NCBI GenBank assembly: GCA_038212275.1
Contig: JBBQUR010000003.1
Coordinates: 128,001-192,000, forward strand
DNA length: 64,000 bases
Direction of reading: 5' to 3'
Origin: Planctomycetota bacterium
GTDB lineage: Bacteria; Planctomycetota; B15-G4
In this document: positions 47,630 to 56,945 of the stretch, one piece after another
Layout of the letters: every line of letters begins with the position of its first letter
Position numbering within the stretch: the first letter of the stretch is position 1
The notes under the pieces: model-generated
Database searches by the model: none
What the model saw: the letters and a program-made list of their open reading frames with translations, nothing else
What the model was told of the DNA's origin: nothing
Made by a program: the position numbers and the translations under genes

Positions 47630-47844
47630 GCGCCTGGGATCCTTCGAGGGAATGCAGTGAGTGCCCCATCGAGAGTTCGCAAATTCAGGACCGATGCGGA
47701 GCGGCCTGAACGAACAGCCGTATCGCGCTCATGGCCATGCGGGAATTCGCTTCCGATGTGAACTCACTGACATGCGACGCGCGCCCGCACGGGTGTTACT
47801 TCCTCTGGTTCACACACGAGTTCATTCCCCGAGGCCAGACTTCC

Positions 47845-48975
47845 ATGCGTCCCATTCTCGCCCTCCTCCTGTTGTTCGCATCCGTTCCCGTCGTGTCCGC
47901 GCAGACGGCCTTCACTGCGCAGCTGACTGGCAACGCCAACGTTCCTCCGGTCACGACGGCCGCCAAGGGTGTCGCGCTCGCCGTGCTCGATCCCGCGACG
48001 TCGACCGTGGACTACCAGGCCGACTTCACCGGGCTGGCGGGCAGCGTGATCGCGGCCGAGGTGCGCCTCGGGGCGGTCGGAACGAGCGGGCAAGTCATCT
48101 TCGCCCTGGCCGGCGTCGCTCCGCATTTCGAAGGCAAATCGCCCGCACTCACCGCGAGCCAGGTCGCGGAGCTGCAGGCAAATCACGCCTACCTCACCGT
48201 CCGCACCACGACCTGGCCGGGCGGGCAGGTCCGCGGCCAGCTCACGCTGGGAGCGAACCAGTTCTATGCGTTGCTGACCGGCGGGAAGGCCGTCCCGCCG
48301 TCACCGACGACGATCGTCGGGTACGCCAACTTCGGGCTGCTCAGCAACGGGGTGCAGCTCACCTGCATGATCCACGCGTTCTCTGGCGGCGGAACCGCGG
48401 TGCTCAGGCTGGGCGGGCCGGGCAGCACCGGCACGACGATCGCGGCGATTCCCTTCGACTTCGCGGGCGTGTGGCACGCCGTCGTTGCGCTCGATCCTGT
48501 CCGCATCGAGATGCTGAAGTCGGGACTCGTCTACGTCGAGGTCACGTCCACGTCGGGGACCGAGGTCGTCCGCGGGCAGTTGAACAGCACCTTCGCGCAG
48601 TTCGGCGCCGGCTCCGGCAAGTCGCAACCACCAGTCTTCACGGCGGCCGGCACTCCATCCCCGAACTCCTACGTCTCGCTGACGCTCAAGGGCGGCGCGC
48701 CGTTCTCCTTCGCGCTCCTGCTCGTCTCCCCGAATGCCGGGCTCGTGAACGCGGCGGGCTGCCCGCTCTACGTGTCGTTGCCCGCGGCGCTCACGCTTGT
48801 CGTCCCGCTCGATACCTACGGATCCGGGTATTTGTCGGTCGCCCAGCTCCCGGCGACGACCCCGACGCCGCTGTTCATCGAGTGCCAGGCGCTGTGTGCC
48901 GATGCCGCCGCAGCCAACGGGAAGTTCACGTCGAGCAACGGAGTGACCATCGGCATCTCGACCTTCCCCGACTGA
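47845..48975 (+). CDS. Secreted protein with two CHRD-like domains plus C-terminal domain
   Basis: Signal peptide (VSA/Q); FTAQLTGNANVPPVTT..YLTVRTTTWPGGQVRGQL and a second FYALLTGGKAVPP..VRGQL. Confidence 0.85.
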   Translation: MRPILALLLLFASVPVVSAQTAFTAQLTGNANVPPVTTAAKGVALAVLDPATSTVDYQADFTGLAGSVIAAEVRLGAVGTSGQVIFALAGVAPHFEGKSPALTASQVAELQANHAYLTVRTTTWPGGQVRGQLTLGANQFYALLTGGKAVPPSPTTIVGYANFGLLSNGVQLTCMIHAFSGGGTAVLRLGGPGSTGTTIAAIPFDFAGVWHAVVALDPVRIEMLKSGLVYVEVTSTSGTEVVRGQLNSTFAQFGAGSGKSQPPVFTAAGTPSPNSYVSLTLKGGAPFSFALLLVSPNAGLVNAAGCPLYVSLPAALTLVVPLDTYGSGYLSVAQLPATTPTPLFIECQALCADAAAANGKFTSSNGVTIGISTFPD

Positions 48976-49026
48976 TCGCCGGCAGGGCGTCGCCGTCGGG
49001 CGCAGTTCACACAAGCGCCCGCTTCG

Positions 49027-49968
49027 CTATCCCGGCAACCGCAGCACCGCCCGCGCGGCCTCGCAGTCCCTCGCGATCTGCGCCTTCAGCGCTTCCACGC
49101 TTTCGAAGCGCTGCTCGCGGCGCAGCGACTGGTGCAGGACGACCTCCACCTGCTCGCCGTAGAGCGCGAGGTCGTGCGTGTCCAGCACGTGAATCTCGAA
49201 CACGCCGCGCGCCGCGTCCTGATGAAAGGTCGGACGCAGGCCGTAGTTCATGACGCCGGGGAGGTCGCCCTGGCGCGTGCGCGCGGTGACGGCGTAGACA
49301 CCGAGCGGCGGGAAGGCCTCGCTGCGCACCTCGAGGTTGGCGGTGGGGAAGCCCAGGGTCGCGCCGCGGCCGTCGCCGTGCACCACGGTGCCCAGCAGCG
49401 ACATCGGGCGCCCGAGCAGGCGCGCGACACGCGGCAGGTCGCCGGCGGCGATGGCCGCGCGCACCGCGGTGGAGGAGACGACCTCGCCGTCGACAATGAC
49501 GCCGCCGACGGCCACGACGTGGAAGCCGTAGTGCTTCCCGGACTCCGCGAGGAAGGCCGCGTTGCCGCGCCGGTCGCGGCCGATGGCCGTGTCGTGCCCG
49601 ATGACCAGCGTGGCCACGCCCAGCCTTCGCACGAGCAGCTCTTCGACGAAGGACTCCGGTGGCAGCGCCGCGAACTCCGGCGAGAACTCGATGACCACGA
49701 CATCGTCCACGCCGTGGCGGCCGAGCAGCTCCAGCCGGTGCTCCAGCGAGAGCAGCGCGCGCGGCGCCTCGCCCTTGAGCACGGCCCGCGGATGCACGGA
49801 AAACGTGACGGCCACCGCGGGCAGCGAGGCCTCGCGCGCCGCTCCGGTGAGCCTCTGCAGAATGGAGACATGCCCGAGATGCAGCCCGTCGAACACGCCG
49901 ATGCTGACCACCGAGCGCGCGTGCAGCCGCGGCAGCTCGGTCAGGGAGCGGATGCGGTGGTCACGCAT
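49027..49968 (-). CDS. ribF: Bifunctional riboflavin kinase/FAD synthetase
   Basis: IGVFDGLHLGH, TFSVHP, VSSTAVR, GDGRGATLGFPTAN, NYGLRPTF. Confidence 0.95.
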   Translation of the reverse strand: MRDHRIRSLTELPRLHARSVVSIGVFDGLHLGHVSILQRLTGAAREASLPAVAVTFSVHPRAVLKGEAPRALLSLEHRLELLGRHGVDDVVVIEFSPEFAALPPESFVEELLVRRLGVATLVIGHDTAIGRDRRGNAAFLAESGKHYGFHVVAVGGVIVDGEVVSSTAVRAAIAAGDLPRVARLLGRPMSLLGTVVHGDGRGATLGFPTANLEVRSEAFPPLGVYAVTARTRQGDLPGVMNYGLRPTFHQDAARGVFEIHVLDTHDLALYGEQVEVVLHQSLRREQRFESVEALKAQIARDCEAARAVLRLPG

Positions 49969-50048
49969 GGAATGGTTTGCCGGGAACAGGTGAGTCAGAG
50001 GGCACGGCGCGCGAACAGACTGAAAACGGGGCCGCAGGCACGGCCGCG

Positions 50049-50588
50049 TTACGAGGCGACCTCGTCAGCTTCGTCCGCCTCGTCCAGCTCGGCCACCAGG
50101 TCTTCCAGCTCGCGGCGCCAGCGGATGCGGTCCACGGGGCTCATGCGGTGCCAGAGCAGCACGCCCTCGAGGTGATCCAGCTCGTGCTGCACGATGCGGG
50201 CGGGAAAGTCCTTGATGTCCTCCTCGTGCAGCTCGCCCTTCACGTCATGCCACTGGAGGCGCACGCCGGCGGGGCGGTCGACCTCCACGAAGATCTCGGG
50301 AAACGACAGGCAGCCTTCCTCGGCGCGGCTCTTGCCCCAGCGCTTCACGATCCGGGGGTTGATGACGGCCAGCTCCTGCGCGGCGTCGCGCTTGTGGCCG
50401 CTGGGATTCAGCACCAGCACGCGCGACGACCAGCCCACCTGCGGCGCGGCCAGCCCCACCCCGTGCTCCTCGTACATGATCTCGAACATGCGGGCCACGC
50501 GGTCGGCCAGCTCCTGGTCGAAGGCGGTGACGGGTGGCGCCACCTTGAGCAGCGTCGGGTGCGGGTAGAGGCGCAGTGTCAGCTCCAT
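50049..50588 (-). CDS. def: Peptide deformylase
   Basis: GVGLAAPQVG, EGCLS, QHELDHLEG. Confidence 0.96.
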   Translation of the reverse strand: MELTLRLYPHPTLLKVAPPVTAFDQELADRVARMFEIMYEEHGVGLAAPQVGWSSRVLVLNPSGHKRDAAQELAVINPRIVKRWGKSRAEEGCLSFPEIFVEVDRPAGVRLQWHDVKGELHEEDIKDFPARIVQHELDHLEGVLLWHRMSPVDRIRWRRELEDLVAELDEADEADEVAS

Positions 50589-50660
50589 GTGCCGGATTAT
50601 GGCACGGCCCAAGGGTCGAGGCACGCCCGGCGGCCGCCGGGCCACGCCGCTCCGGCCGCG

Positions 50661-50695
50661 TGTGTGATGGAGAGGCGGTGCCTGCACATCACACA
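50661..50695. repeat. 35-bp imperfect palindrome related to the REP-like arms at 59988-60089
   Basis: tgtgtgatg-gagaggcggtgcctgca-catcacaca. Confidence 0.7.
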
Positions 50696-50783
50696 TCCTC
50701 GCGGCTGCCCGACAGCAGCGGAGCGCTCCGCGGGGGCGCGCCCCCGGGACCGGCGGGGGGGCGCTGTGCTAGCGTGCGTCGCC

Positions 50784-52130
50784 ATGGACCTCAGCAAGTT
50801 CCTTGAGCGCGCCGAGGCTGCGCTGCGCAAGCGCATGCCCGAGCAGGCCATCACGCTCTACCGGCAGATGCTGGTCGCCTCGCCGGGCCACGGCGGGGCG
50901 CGCGCGGGTCTCATGACGGCGTATCGCAAGCGCGCCGAGCTGAAGGGCGGCCCGTCCATCATCGACAAGGCGGCGGCGCGCTCGATGTATGCGGCGGCGC
51001 TCGGACTGCGCAGTTCGGGGCGACACCTGGCCGTCGTGCGGAGCTGCGACCTCGGCCTGGAGCGCGACCCCAACGACACCAACCTGGCCTCGCTGCTCGG
51101 CGACGCCCTGGAGGCGCTCGGCCACAAGGAAGAGGCGCTGGCCGCGTGGCTCTCCATGCTCGAGGCCGATCCGAAGTGCCTGCCGGCGCTGAAGGCTGCC
51201 GCGCGCCTGCACTACGCGGTCAAGCAGATCCCGCAGGCGATGGAGTGCCTGGACCGCGCCCACGCGCTCGACCGCAACGACCCGGAGGTGGAGCGCCTGC
51301 GCAAGAACCTGGCCGCGGAGGGCACGCTCGCGGCCAGCAACTACACGACGGCCACGTCCTCGCGCGACGTCATCCGCGACAAGGACTCGCTGCGCCGCAA
51401 CGAGCAGAGCCAGCGCCTGCAACGCAGCGCCGACACGCTGGACCAGGACATCGATGCGCTGACGGCCCGGCACGCCGAAGACCCGGCCAACTCCGACCTG
51501 CGCCGCCAGCTCGTGAAGTCGCTGCAGGAGGCGGGACGCGCCGACGAGGCCGAGAGCCTGCTCGTCGCGGCGCTGGAGCGCGCCCCCGGCGACGAGGCCG
51601 TGCAGGACGCGCTGGGCGACTGCCGGCTGGCCCGCAACGAGGCCGCGCTGAAGGCCGCCCACGCGGCCGGCGACAGCGCCGCCGAGCAGCGCCTCCGCGA
51701 GGAGCGCACGGCGCTGGAGATCACCGAGTTCGAGCGGCGCGTGCGCTTCGCCCCGGGGGACGGCGCGCTGCGCCTGCGCCTCGCCCGGGCCCAGTACCGG
51801 GCCGGCGGCCCGGCTGCCACGGACCGGGCCATCGAACACTTCCAGGCCATCGTCGCGGACCCGCGCTACCTGCTCGATGCGCGGCAGGGGCTCGGCGCCT
51901 GCTTCTTCCGCAAGGGTCTGTACCCGCTGGCGGCCCGGCAGTTCGAGGGGGCGCTGGCCGCGAGCGGCGGCCTCGGCAGCGACCGCGGCAAGGAGATCTG
52001 CTACCATCTCGGGCTTGTCTGCGAGCGGCAGAATGACCGCTCGGGAGCCGCGGCCCGGTACCTGCAGATCTACGAAGTGGATATCAGCTACCGGGACGTC
52101 GCTGCCAAGATCGAAGCACTGAAGACCTGA
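50784..52130 (+). CDS. Tetratricopeptide repeat protein
   Basis: Repeated helical TPR-like units; C-terminal KEICYHLG..YLQIYEVDISYRDV. Confidence 0.85.
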   Translation: MDLSKFLERAEAALRKRMPEQAITLYRQMLVASPGHGGARAGLMTAYRKRAELKGGPSIIDKAAARSMYAAALGLRSSGRHLAVVRSCDLGLERDPNDTNLASLLGDALEALGHKEEALAAWLSMLEADPKCLPALKAAARLHYAVKQIPQAMECLDRAHALDRNDPEVERLRKNLAAEGTLAASNYTTATSSRDVIRDKDSLRRNEQSQRLQRSADTLDQDIDALTARHAEDPANSDLRRQLVKSLQEAGRADEAESLLVAALERAPGDEAVQDALGDCRLARNEAALKAAHAAGDSAAEQRLREERTALEITEFERRVRFAPGDGALRLRLARAQYRAGGPAATDRAIEHFQAIVADPRYLLDARQGLGACFFRKGLYPLAARQFEGALAASGGLGSDRGKEICYHLGLVCERQNDRSGAAARYLQIYEVDISYRDVAAKIEALKT

Positions 52131-52187
52131 CCACACTGCGCCCACGGCTCTGCGACAGCGAGCCGCGCGGCCCCTCCGAGGAAGCGA

Positions 52188-52451
52188 ATGCCCACCAGCC
52201 TCTCTGCATCCAAGCGCGTGCGCCAGAACGAGAAGAAGCGCCTCGCCAACCGCAACAAGACGTCGGCCCTGAAGACCGCCATCAAGCGCCTCGACAAGGC
52301 CGTGGCTGCGGGCAACAAGGACGAGGTCAAGAAGGCCGTCGCGGTCGCCTACAAGAAGATCGACAAGGCTGCCGAGGCGCACGTGATGCACAAGAACACG
52401 GCCGCGCGGCGCAAGTCGCTCGTGGCGCGCAAGGCCGCCGCCCTCAAGTAA
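52188..52451 (+). CDS. rpsT: 30S ribosomal protein S20
   Basis: SASKRVRQNEKKRLANR, IDKAA..MHKNTAARRKS. Confidence 0.97.
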   Translation: MPTSLSASKRVRQNEKKRLANRNKTSALKTAIKRLDKAVAAGNKDEVKKAVAVAYKKIDKAAEAHVMHKNTAARRKSLVARKAAALK

Positions 52452-52511
52452 GGCGTCCCGGCGCGGCGCGGCCCGCACCGACACGACCGCCTCGAGGACG
52501 ACGGCGGTCTG

Positions 52512-54101
52512 TCAGTGCGCGCCCATCACGGTGGCGTAGCGGGAGTAGACCTCCAGCGTCAGTGCCAGGATTGCGGTCGAGTAGACCCGTCCCCCGGTGC
52601 TGCCCCACGGGTCGGGCTGAGGGTCCCAGCTGCCGCGCCGCTCGCCTTCCTTGTGCTGATGCCCGGCGATGGCCGGCAGGAGCGCCCGCTCCCAGGTCTT
52701 CCACGCGTCGCCGCCGACCTGGAAGAGCGCATAGCTGCCGTAGTACCAGAAGTAGAAGTCGCGCCGGCCCGGGAGCTCGTCGCTCCACAGCGGCGGCAGC
52801 GCGGCGATGGCGGCCGCGCCGCGCTTGACCATCTCCTGGTCGCCGGGCGCCTTCAGGTCCGGGTCCGCGAAGATGCGGCACAGCACGCCCACGGCCGTCA
52901 TCGACTGGCTCTGCGCGGCGGGCCACAGCGCCTCGCTGCCGGCCTCGCGCGCGGGGCGGCCTCCGCGGCTGGTGTAGCCGGTGATGCCGGTGTCCGGGTC
53001 CGTCATCTCGTCCAGGAAGGCCAGCGCGTCGCCAAGCGCGCGCTCGTCGATGCGCAGGCCGTACTTCTTCGCCACGGTCAGTGTCAGGATGGCCCAGCCC
53101 GTGACCGACATGTCGTTGGGCGTCGTGCTCATCTCGGGATGGAAGGGCCGGTAGCGCCACGCACCGCCCGGATTGCGGAGCGACGCGAGGTGCGCGAGGC
53201 CCCGTTCAGCCGGCGCGCGGAAGCGGAGGTCGCGGCCGGAGAGTTCCCAGACCTCCACCAGCGCGAGCGTCGCCAGCACGTGGTCGTAGGTGGATTGCGC
53301 CGAGGTCGGTGAGCCGAAGTTTCCGTCGGGCTGCTGCACGTTGACGAGGAAGCGCAAGCCATCGCGCACGGTGCGTGCGTGCTCGCCGTGGCGGTCCGTC
53401 TGACCGGCGCCCAGGAAGGCCAGCAGCGCGAGGCTGCTCACGCCGACGTCGAAGGCCGGACTGCCGGCGCCGTCGCAGAGCGTGTCGGCGCCGCGGTGGC
53501 CGCACTGCTCGTCGAAGGCGGCGCACGACCAGTGGCCGTCCGGCGACTGATGAGCCGCCAGCCACGCGAGCGCATCGGCGACCGGGCCGGCCACACGCGC
53601 GTCCGGCGCACCGCGACGGTGCGGGCCGCCGCCGCCGCCGTCGCCCTGGTTCAATCCACCGTCACCGGCGCCCAGCACGGAGTTGAGCCCGGCGCTGTCC
53701 CCGCCGCCGCCGGGAGGGGAATCGTCGGCCGCGTCACTGGCCGACTCGGTGTCGGGGGACGGCTGCTCGGTCAGCGTCGGGTCCTCGATCCGCGTGAGGT
53801 TCTCCTCGATGAGGCGCGGCTCGACGAGCGGCTCGAGCTGCGGCAGCAACTCGACATCGGGCAGCCGCTCGGCCACGAGCACGCGCGCGACCTGCAGCGA
53901 GGGCGCGGGCGCCGAGGTGGCGAAGGCCAGCAGCAACACCGCGTGCACGATGAGCGAGACGACGAGATACGGCGACTCGCGCAGCAGCTCGCGCAGCGCG
54001 TCCTCCAGGCTGCGCGGCGTCTGTTCCGCCGCGTGCAGGCCGTGCGCCTGCGTCTGTGCCGAGTCTCGACGGAGGACGTGCGAGCCGTGTTCGTGTGCCA
54101 T
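52512..54101 (-). CDS. Membrane-anchored prenyltransferase/squalene-oxidase-repeat (alpha/alpha-toroid) protein, paralog 1
   Basis: TM SPYLVVSLIVHAVLL; QW-like motifs ALAWLAAHQSPDGHW, LVNVQQPDGNF; YFWYYG; GSWDP; GGRVYSTA. Confidence 0.85.
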   Translation of the reverse strand: MAHEHGSHVLRRDSAQTQAHGLHAAEQTPRSLEDALRELLRESPYLVVSLIVHAVLLLAFATSAPAPSLQVARVLVAERLPDVELLPQLEPLVEPRLIEENLTRIEDPTLTEQPSPDTESASDAADDSPPGGGGDSAGLNSVLGAGDGGLNQGDGGGGGPHRRGAPDARVAGPVADALAWLAAHQSPDGHWSCAAFDEQCGHRGADTLCDGAGSPAFDVGVSSLALLAFLGAGQTDRHGEHARTVRDGLRFLVNVQQPDGNFGSPTSAQSTYDHVLATLALVEVWELSGRDLRFRAPAERGLAHLASLRNPGGAWRYRPFHPEMSTTPNDMSVTGWAILTLTVAKKYGLRIDERALGDALAFLDEMTDPDTGITGYTSRGGRPAREAGSEALWPAAQSQSMTAVGVLCRIFADPDLKAPGDQEMVKRGAAAIAALPPLWSDELPGRRDFYFWYYGSYALFQVGGDAWKTWERALLPAIAGHQHKEGERRGSWDPQPDPWGSTGGRVYSTAILALTLEVYSRYATVMGAH

Positions 54102-54187
54102 GCCACGGCTCTAGGCACACATGCGGCGCAGGCAACGCAAACGGGCGCGCTGTCACGCGGAACGGGACGCCGCCGCGCGGCGCGAAC

Positions 54188-55753
54188 TCAGTGCGCGCCG
54201 ATGACCGACTCGTAGCGGTAGAAGACCTCTAGGGTCAGGCAGAGGATCGCCGTCGAGTAGACGCGCCCGCCTTCGCTGCCCCACGGATCGACCTGCGGAT
54301 CCCAGCTTCCCTGCAGCTCGCCTTCCTTGTGCTGATGGTCCGCGATGGCGGGCAGCAGGGTCTTCTCCCACTCCTTCCACGGCTGCTTGCCGTACTGGTA
54401 CATGGCGTAGGTGCCGTAGTACCAGAAGTAGAAGTCACGCCGGCCGGGCAGGTTGTCGTTCCACACCGGGGGCAGCGCGGAGATCGCCTTGATGCCCAGC
54501 TCGATCATCTCCTTGTTGCCGGGACGCTCGAGCTTCGGGTCCGCAAAGATGCGGCAGAGCACGGCGACGGACGTCATGGACTGGGTGTCCGCGAGCGGCC
54601 ATTGCACATCCTTGCCGAAGCCGCGTGCGGCGCCGCCGCCCCGCGCGTAGTAGCCCGTGATGCCGCTGGTCGGGTCGGTCATCTCCTCGACGAAGAGCAA
54701 CGCGTCCTCGAGCGCGGCAGGTTCGAAAGGCAGGCCGTACTCGTGGGCCAGCGTCATCGCCAGGATGGCCCAGCCGGTCACCGACACGTCGTTCGGGTGC
54801 GCGGCCATCTCCGGGTGCGTGGCGGCGTAGCGCCACGCGGCACCCTTGTTGCGCAATCTGTACATGAAATTGAGCGCGTTCTTGGCCGGCGTCTCGAACA
54901 GGTGGTTCTTGGTGAGCGCGTAGGCCTCGACCATCGCCAGCGTGGCAATGATGTGGTCGTAGGTGTACTGGCCGAACTGCGCGTTGCCGAAGTTGCCGTC
55001 GGCCTGCTGGACCTCCACGAGGTAACGAAGCCCTGCCTTCACGGTCTTGGCGTACTTGCCTGTCTTGTCGGTGTTGTCGGCGCCGAGGAAGGCGAGCAGC
55101 GAGAGGCCGGTGCAGCCGACGTCGAACTGCGGGATGCCCGTGCCGTCGCAGATCGTGTCGTCGCCCTGCTTGCCGCACTCCTCGTCGAAGGCGGCGCACG
55201 ACCAGTGGCCGTCGTCGCTCTGGTGGTTCTTCAGCCACTTGAGCGCGTCGTCCACGGCCTTGTTCAGCGGCTCGCCGCCCGCCTTGCCGCCGCCCTTGCG
55301 GCGGCCACTCAGCTTGCCGAAGCCCGCGCCGCCGCCGCCGCCGACGCCGATCACGTCATTCAGGCCCGAGTTCTCGAACTCGCCCTTGCCCTGGTAGATG
55401 TCTTCCGAAGGGTCGACCTCGTCGTTGGTCTCGGTGGCGTCCGTCTCCGAAATCGTCGGCTCCTCGACGATCACCTTCTCCTTCTCTTCGGGTGGCGGCG
55501 GGGGTGGCGGCGGAGGCGGCAGCGCCTCGGTCGGGACCTCGTTGCTCGCCTTGATGATCTGCGTCGGGGCCTTCTTCGGGCCGTCGCTTCCGGAGGCGAA
55601 AGCGATCAGCAGCACCGCGTGGATGAGGATGGAGATGACGAGATACGGCGAGTCCCGCAGCAGTTGCCGCAGCGTGTCCTCGAAGGTCGCGGCCTCGGGA
55701 TGACCCGGGTTGTGGCTGTGCTGGGAGACCAGCTCGGGAATCGCATTGGCCAC
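54188..55753 (-). CDS. Membrane-anchored prenyltransferase/squalene-oxidase-repeat protein, paralog 2
   Basis: Same architecture with poly-Pro linker; ALKWLKNHQSDDGHW; long near-identical blocks shared with paralog 1. Confidence 0.87.
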   Translation of the reverse strand: MANAIPELVSQHSHNPGHPEAATFEDTLRQLLRDSPYLVISILIHAVLLIAFASGSDGPKKAPTQIIKASNEVPTEALPPPPPPPPPPEEKEKVIVEEPTISETDATETNDEVDPSEDIYQGKGEFENSGLNDVIGVGGGGGAGFGKLSGRRKGGGKAGGEPLNKAVDDALKWLKNHQSDDGHWSCAAFDEECGKQGDDTICDGTGIPQFDVGCTGLSLLAFLGADNTDKTGKYAKTVKAGLRYLVEVQQADGNFGNAQFGQYTYDHIIATLAMVEAYALTKNHLFETPAKNALNFMYRLRNKGAAWRYAATHPEMAAHPNDVSVTGWAILAMTLAHEYGLPFEPAALEDALLFVEEMTDPTSGITGYYARGGGAARGFGKDVQWPLADTQSMTSVAVLCRIFADPKLERPGNKEMIELGIKAISALPPVWNDNLPGRRDFYFWYYGTYAMYQYGKQPWKEWEKTLLPAIADHQHKEGELQGSWDPQVDPWGSEGGRVYSTAILCLTLEVFYRYESVIGAH

Positions 55754-55863
55754 GACACATCTCCGGGGACGGCGCCGGTTTCGGGAGTCCCGGCGGGGAC
55801 CGAACTCGGAAGTCTAGGCAGACTCGGGAGACTTGGCAACACCGCCGCCACCCGGCGAGTCGT

Positions 55864-56889
55864 TCAGGGGAGATCTTCGGACAGGGGTGGAGGCGTCACG
55901 TCGGCCGGCACCTTCAGGGGCGACGGGGGCGCCGGGGGCTCGCCTGCGAAGAGGTCCGTCGGCCAGAAGGTCGCGTGCTGCGCAAGGTCGACGATGAGGT
56001 TGCGGCGCGCTTCGGCGAGCAGCTCGTTCTGGAGCAGGCGGCGCAGCCGCTCCTGGCTCTCGGCGAAGGTCGTGGGCCGGCCGGACTGGCGCCCCGTCAC
56101 CTGGACGACGAGCGTGCCCTCCGTGGCTTCGATGATGCGCGTGGTGCCGGACGGCGCGTCGGTGAGAAAGGTCGCCACGTCCTCGGGGAAGAGGCCGCGC
56201 AGGGACGGCATCGCGTAGCTGCGGTGCAGGGGCACGATGAGCGAGGGCGGCCCGCCCGGCTCCAGCGACGCCAGCACCGTCCGGGCGCCGGCCTGGTCGG
56301 TGCAGGTGTACACGTCGCAATCCACGGTGTCGGGCATGTCGAAGTAGGCGCGATTGGCCGCAAAGGCCTCGCGCAGCTGCGACGGCGTGACGGTCACCAG
56401 GCGCACCATGAGCGGGTCCGGCGCGATGAGGCGTACGTATTCGGTGCGCATGCCCACGCGATGCATCAGGTAGAGCTCGGCCAGCGCCGCGCGGCGGGCC
56501 AGGGTGCGTTGCCGCTCCGCCGAGGTGCCCGTCTGCGTGGCCAGGGCGTCGTAGTCGGGCTTGCTGCCGCGGCGTCGCTCCCAGTACTCGTCGACGACGC
56601 GTTCGTCGAGCTTGACGCCCAGGCGTTCCAGTTCGGTGGCGAGCAGGATTTCCTCGGCGATGGAGCGCCGGGCGAGCTGCCGGGCCATCGCCGGGTCCAC
56701 CTCCGGGCGCTCATCCATGAGCAGGCGCGCGTAGCCGGCCACGTCCTCCGCAGTGATGGCCTCGCCGTTCACGATGGCGGGACGCTCGACCTTCGTGCCG
56801 CCGCCGCCCTGCGCGCGGGCGACCTCCGCCACGCAGAACAGGAGCGCGAGCGTCGAGAGCACGGCGGCGGAGTGGTGAGCGCGGAACAT
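55864..56889 (-). CDS. Secreted SurA/PpiC-like chaperone
   Basis: Signal peptide; AIVNGEAITAEDV, VTVTPSQLREAFAAN..F..P, TFAESQERLRRLL; parvulin core degenerate. Confidence 0.7.
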   Translation of the reverse strand: MFRAHHSAAVLSTLALLFCVAEVARAQGGGGTKVERPAIVNGEAITAEDVAGYARLLMDERPEVDPAMARQLARRSIAEEILLATELERLGVKLDERVVDEYWERRRGSKPDYDALATQTGTSAERQRTLARRAALAELYLMHRVGMRTEYVRLIAPDPLMVRLVTVTPSQLREAFAANRAYFDMPDTVDCDVYTCTDQAGARTVLASLEPGGPPSLIVPLHRSYAMPSLRGLFPEDVATFLTDAPSGTTRIIEATEGTLVVQVTGRQSGRPTTFAESQERLRRLLQNELLAEARRNLIVDLAQHATFWPTDLFAGEPPAPPSPLKVPADVTPPPLSEDLP

Positions 56890-56945
56890 CGGGATCCTCG
56901 ATCGATGGCGAGAAGGTACCGGAGACGGTGGGGCGCTGTCGCGTC

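Noticed and set aside
43975..52200. Genomic island integrated at tRNA-Phe, with tgcccacca at the rpsT start as a possible att repeat
   Set aside because: The match is only 9 bp, no integrase is present, and the interval contains core genes (ribF, def)
52512..55753. Squalene-hopene cyclases
   Set aside because: Single toroid domain, TM anchor with long spacer, and no DxDD motif
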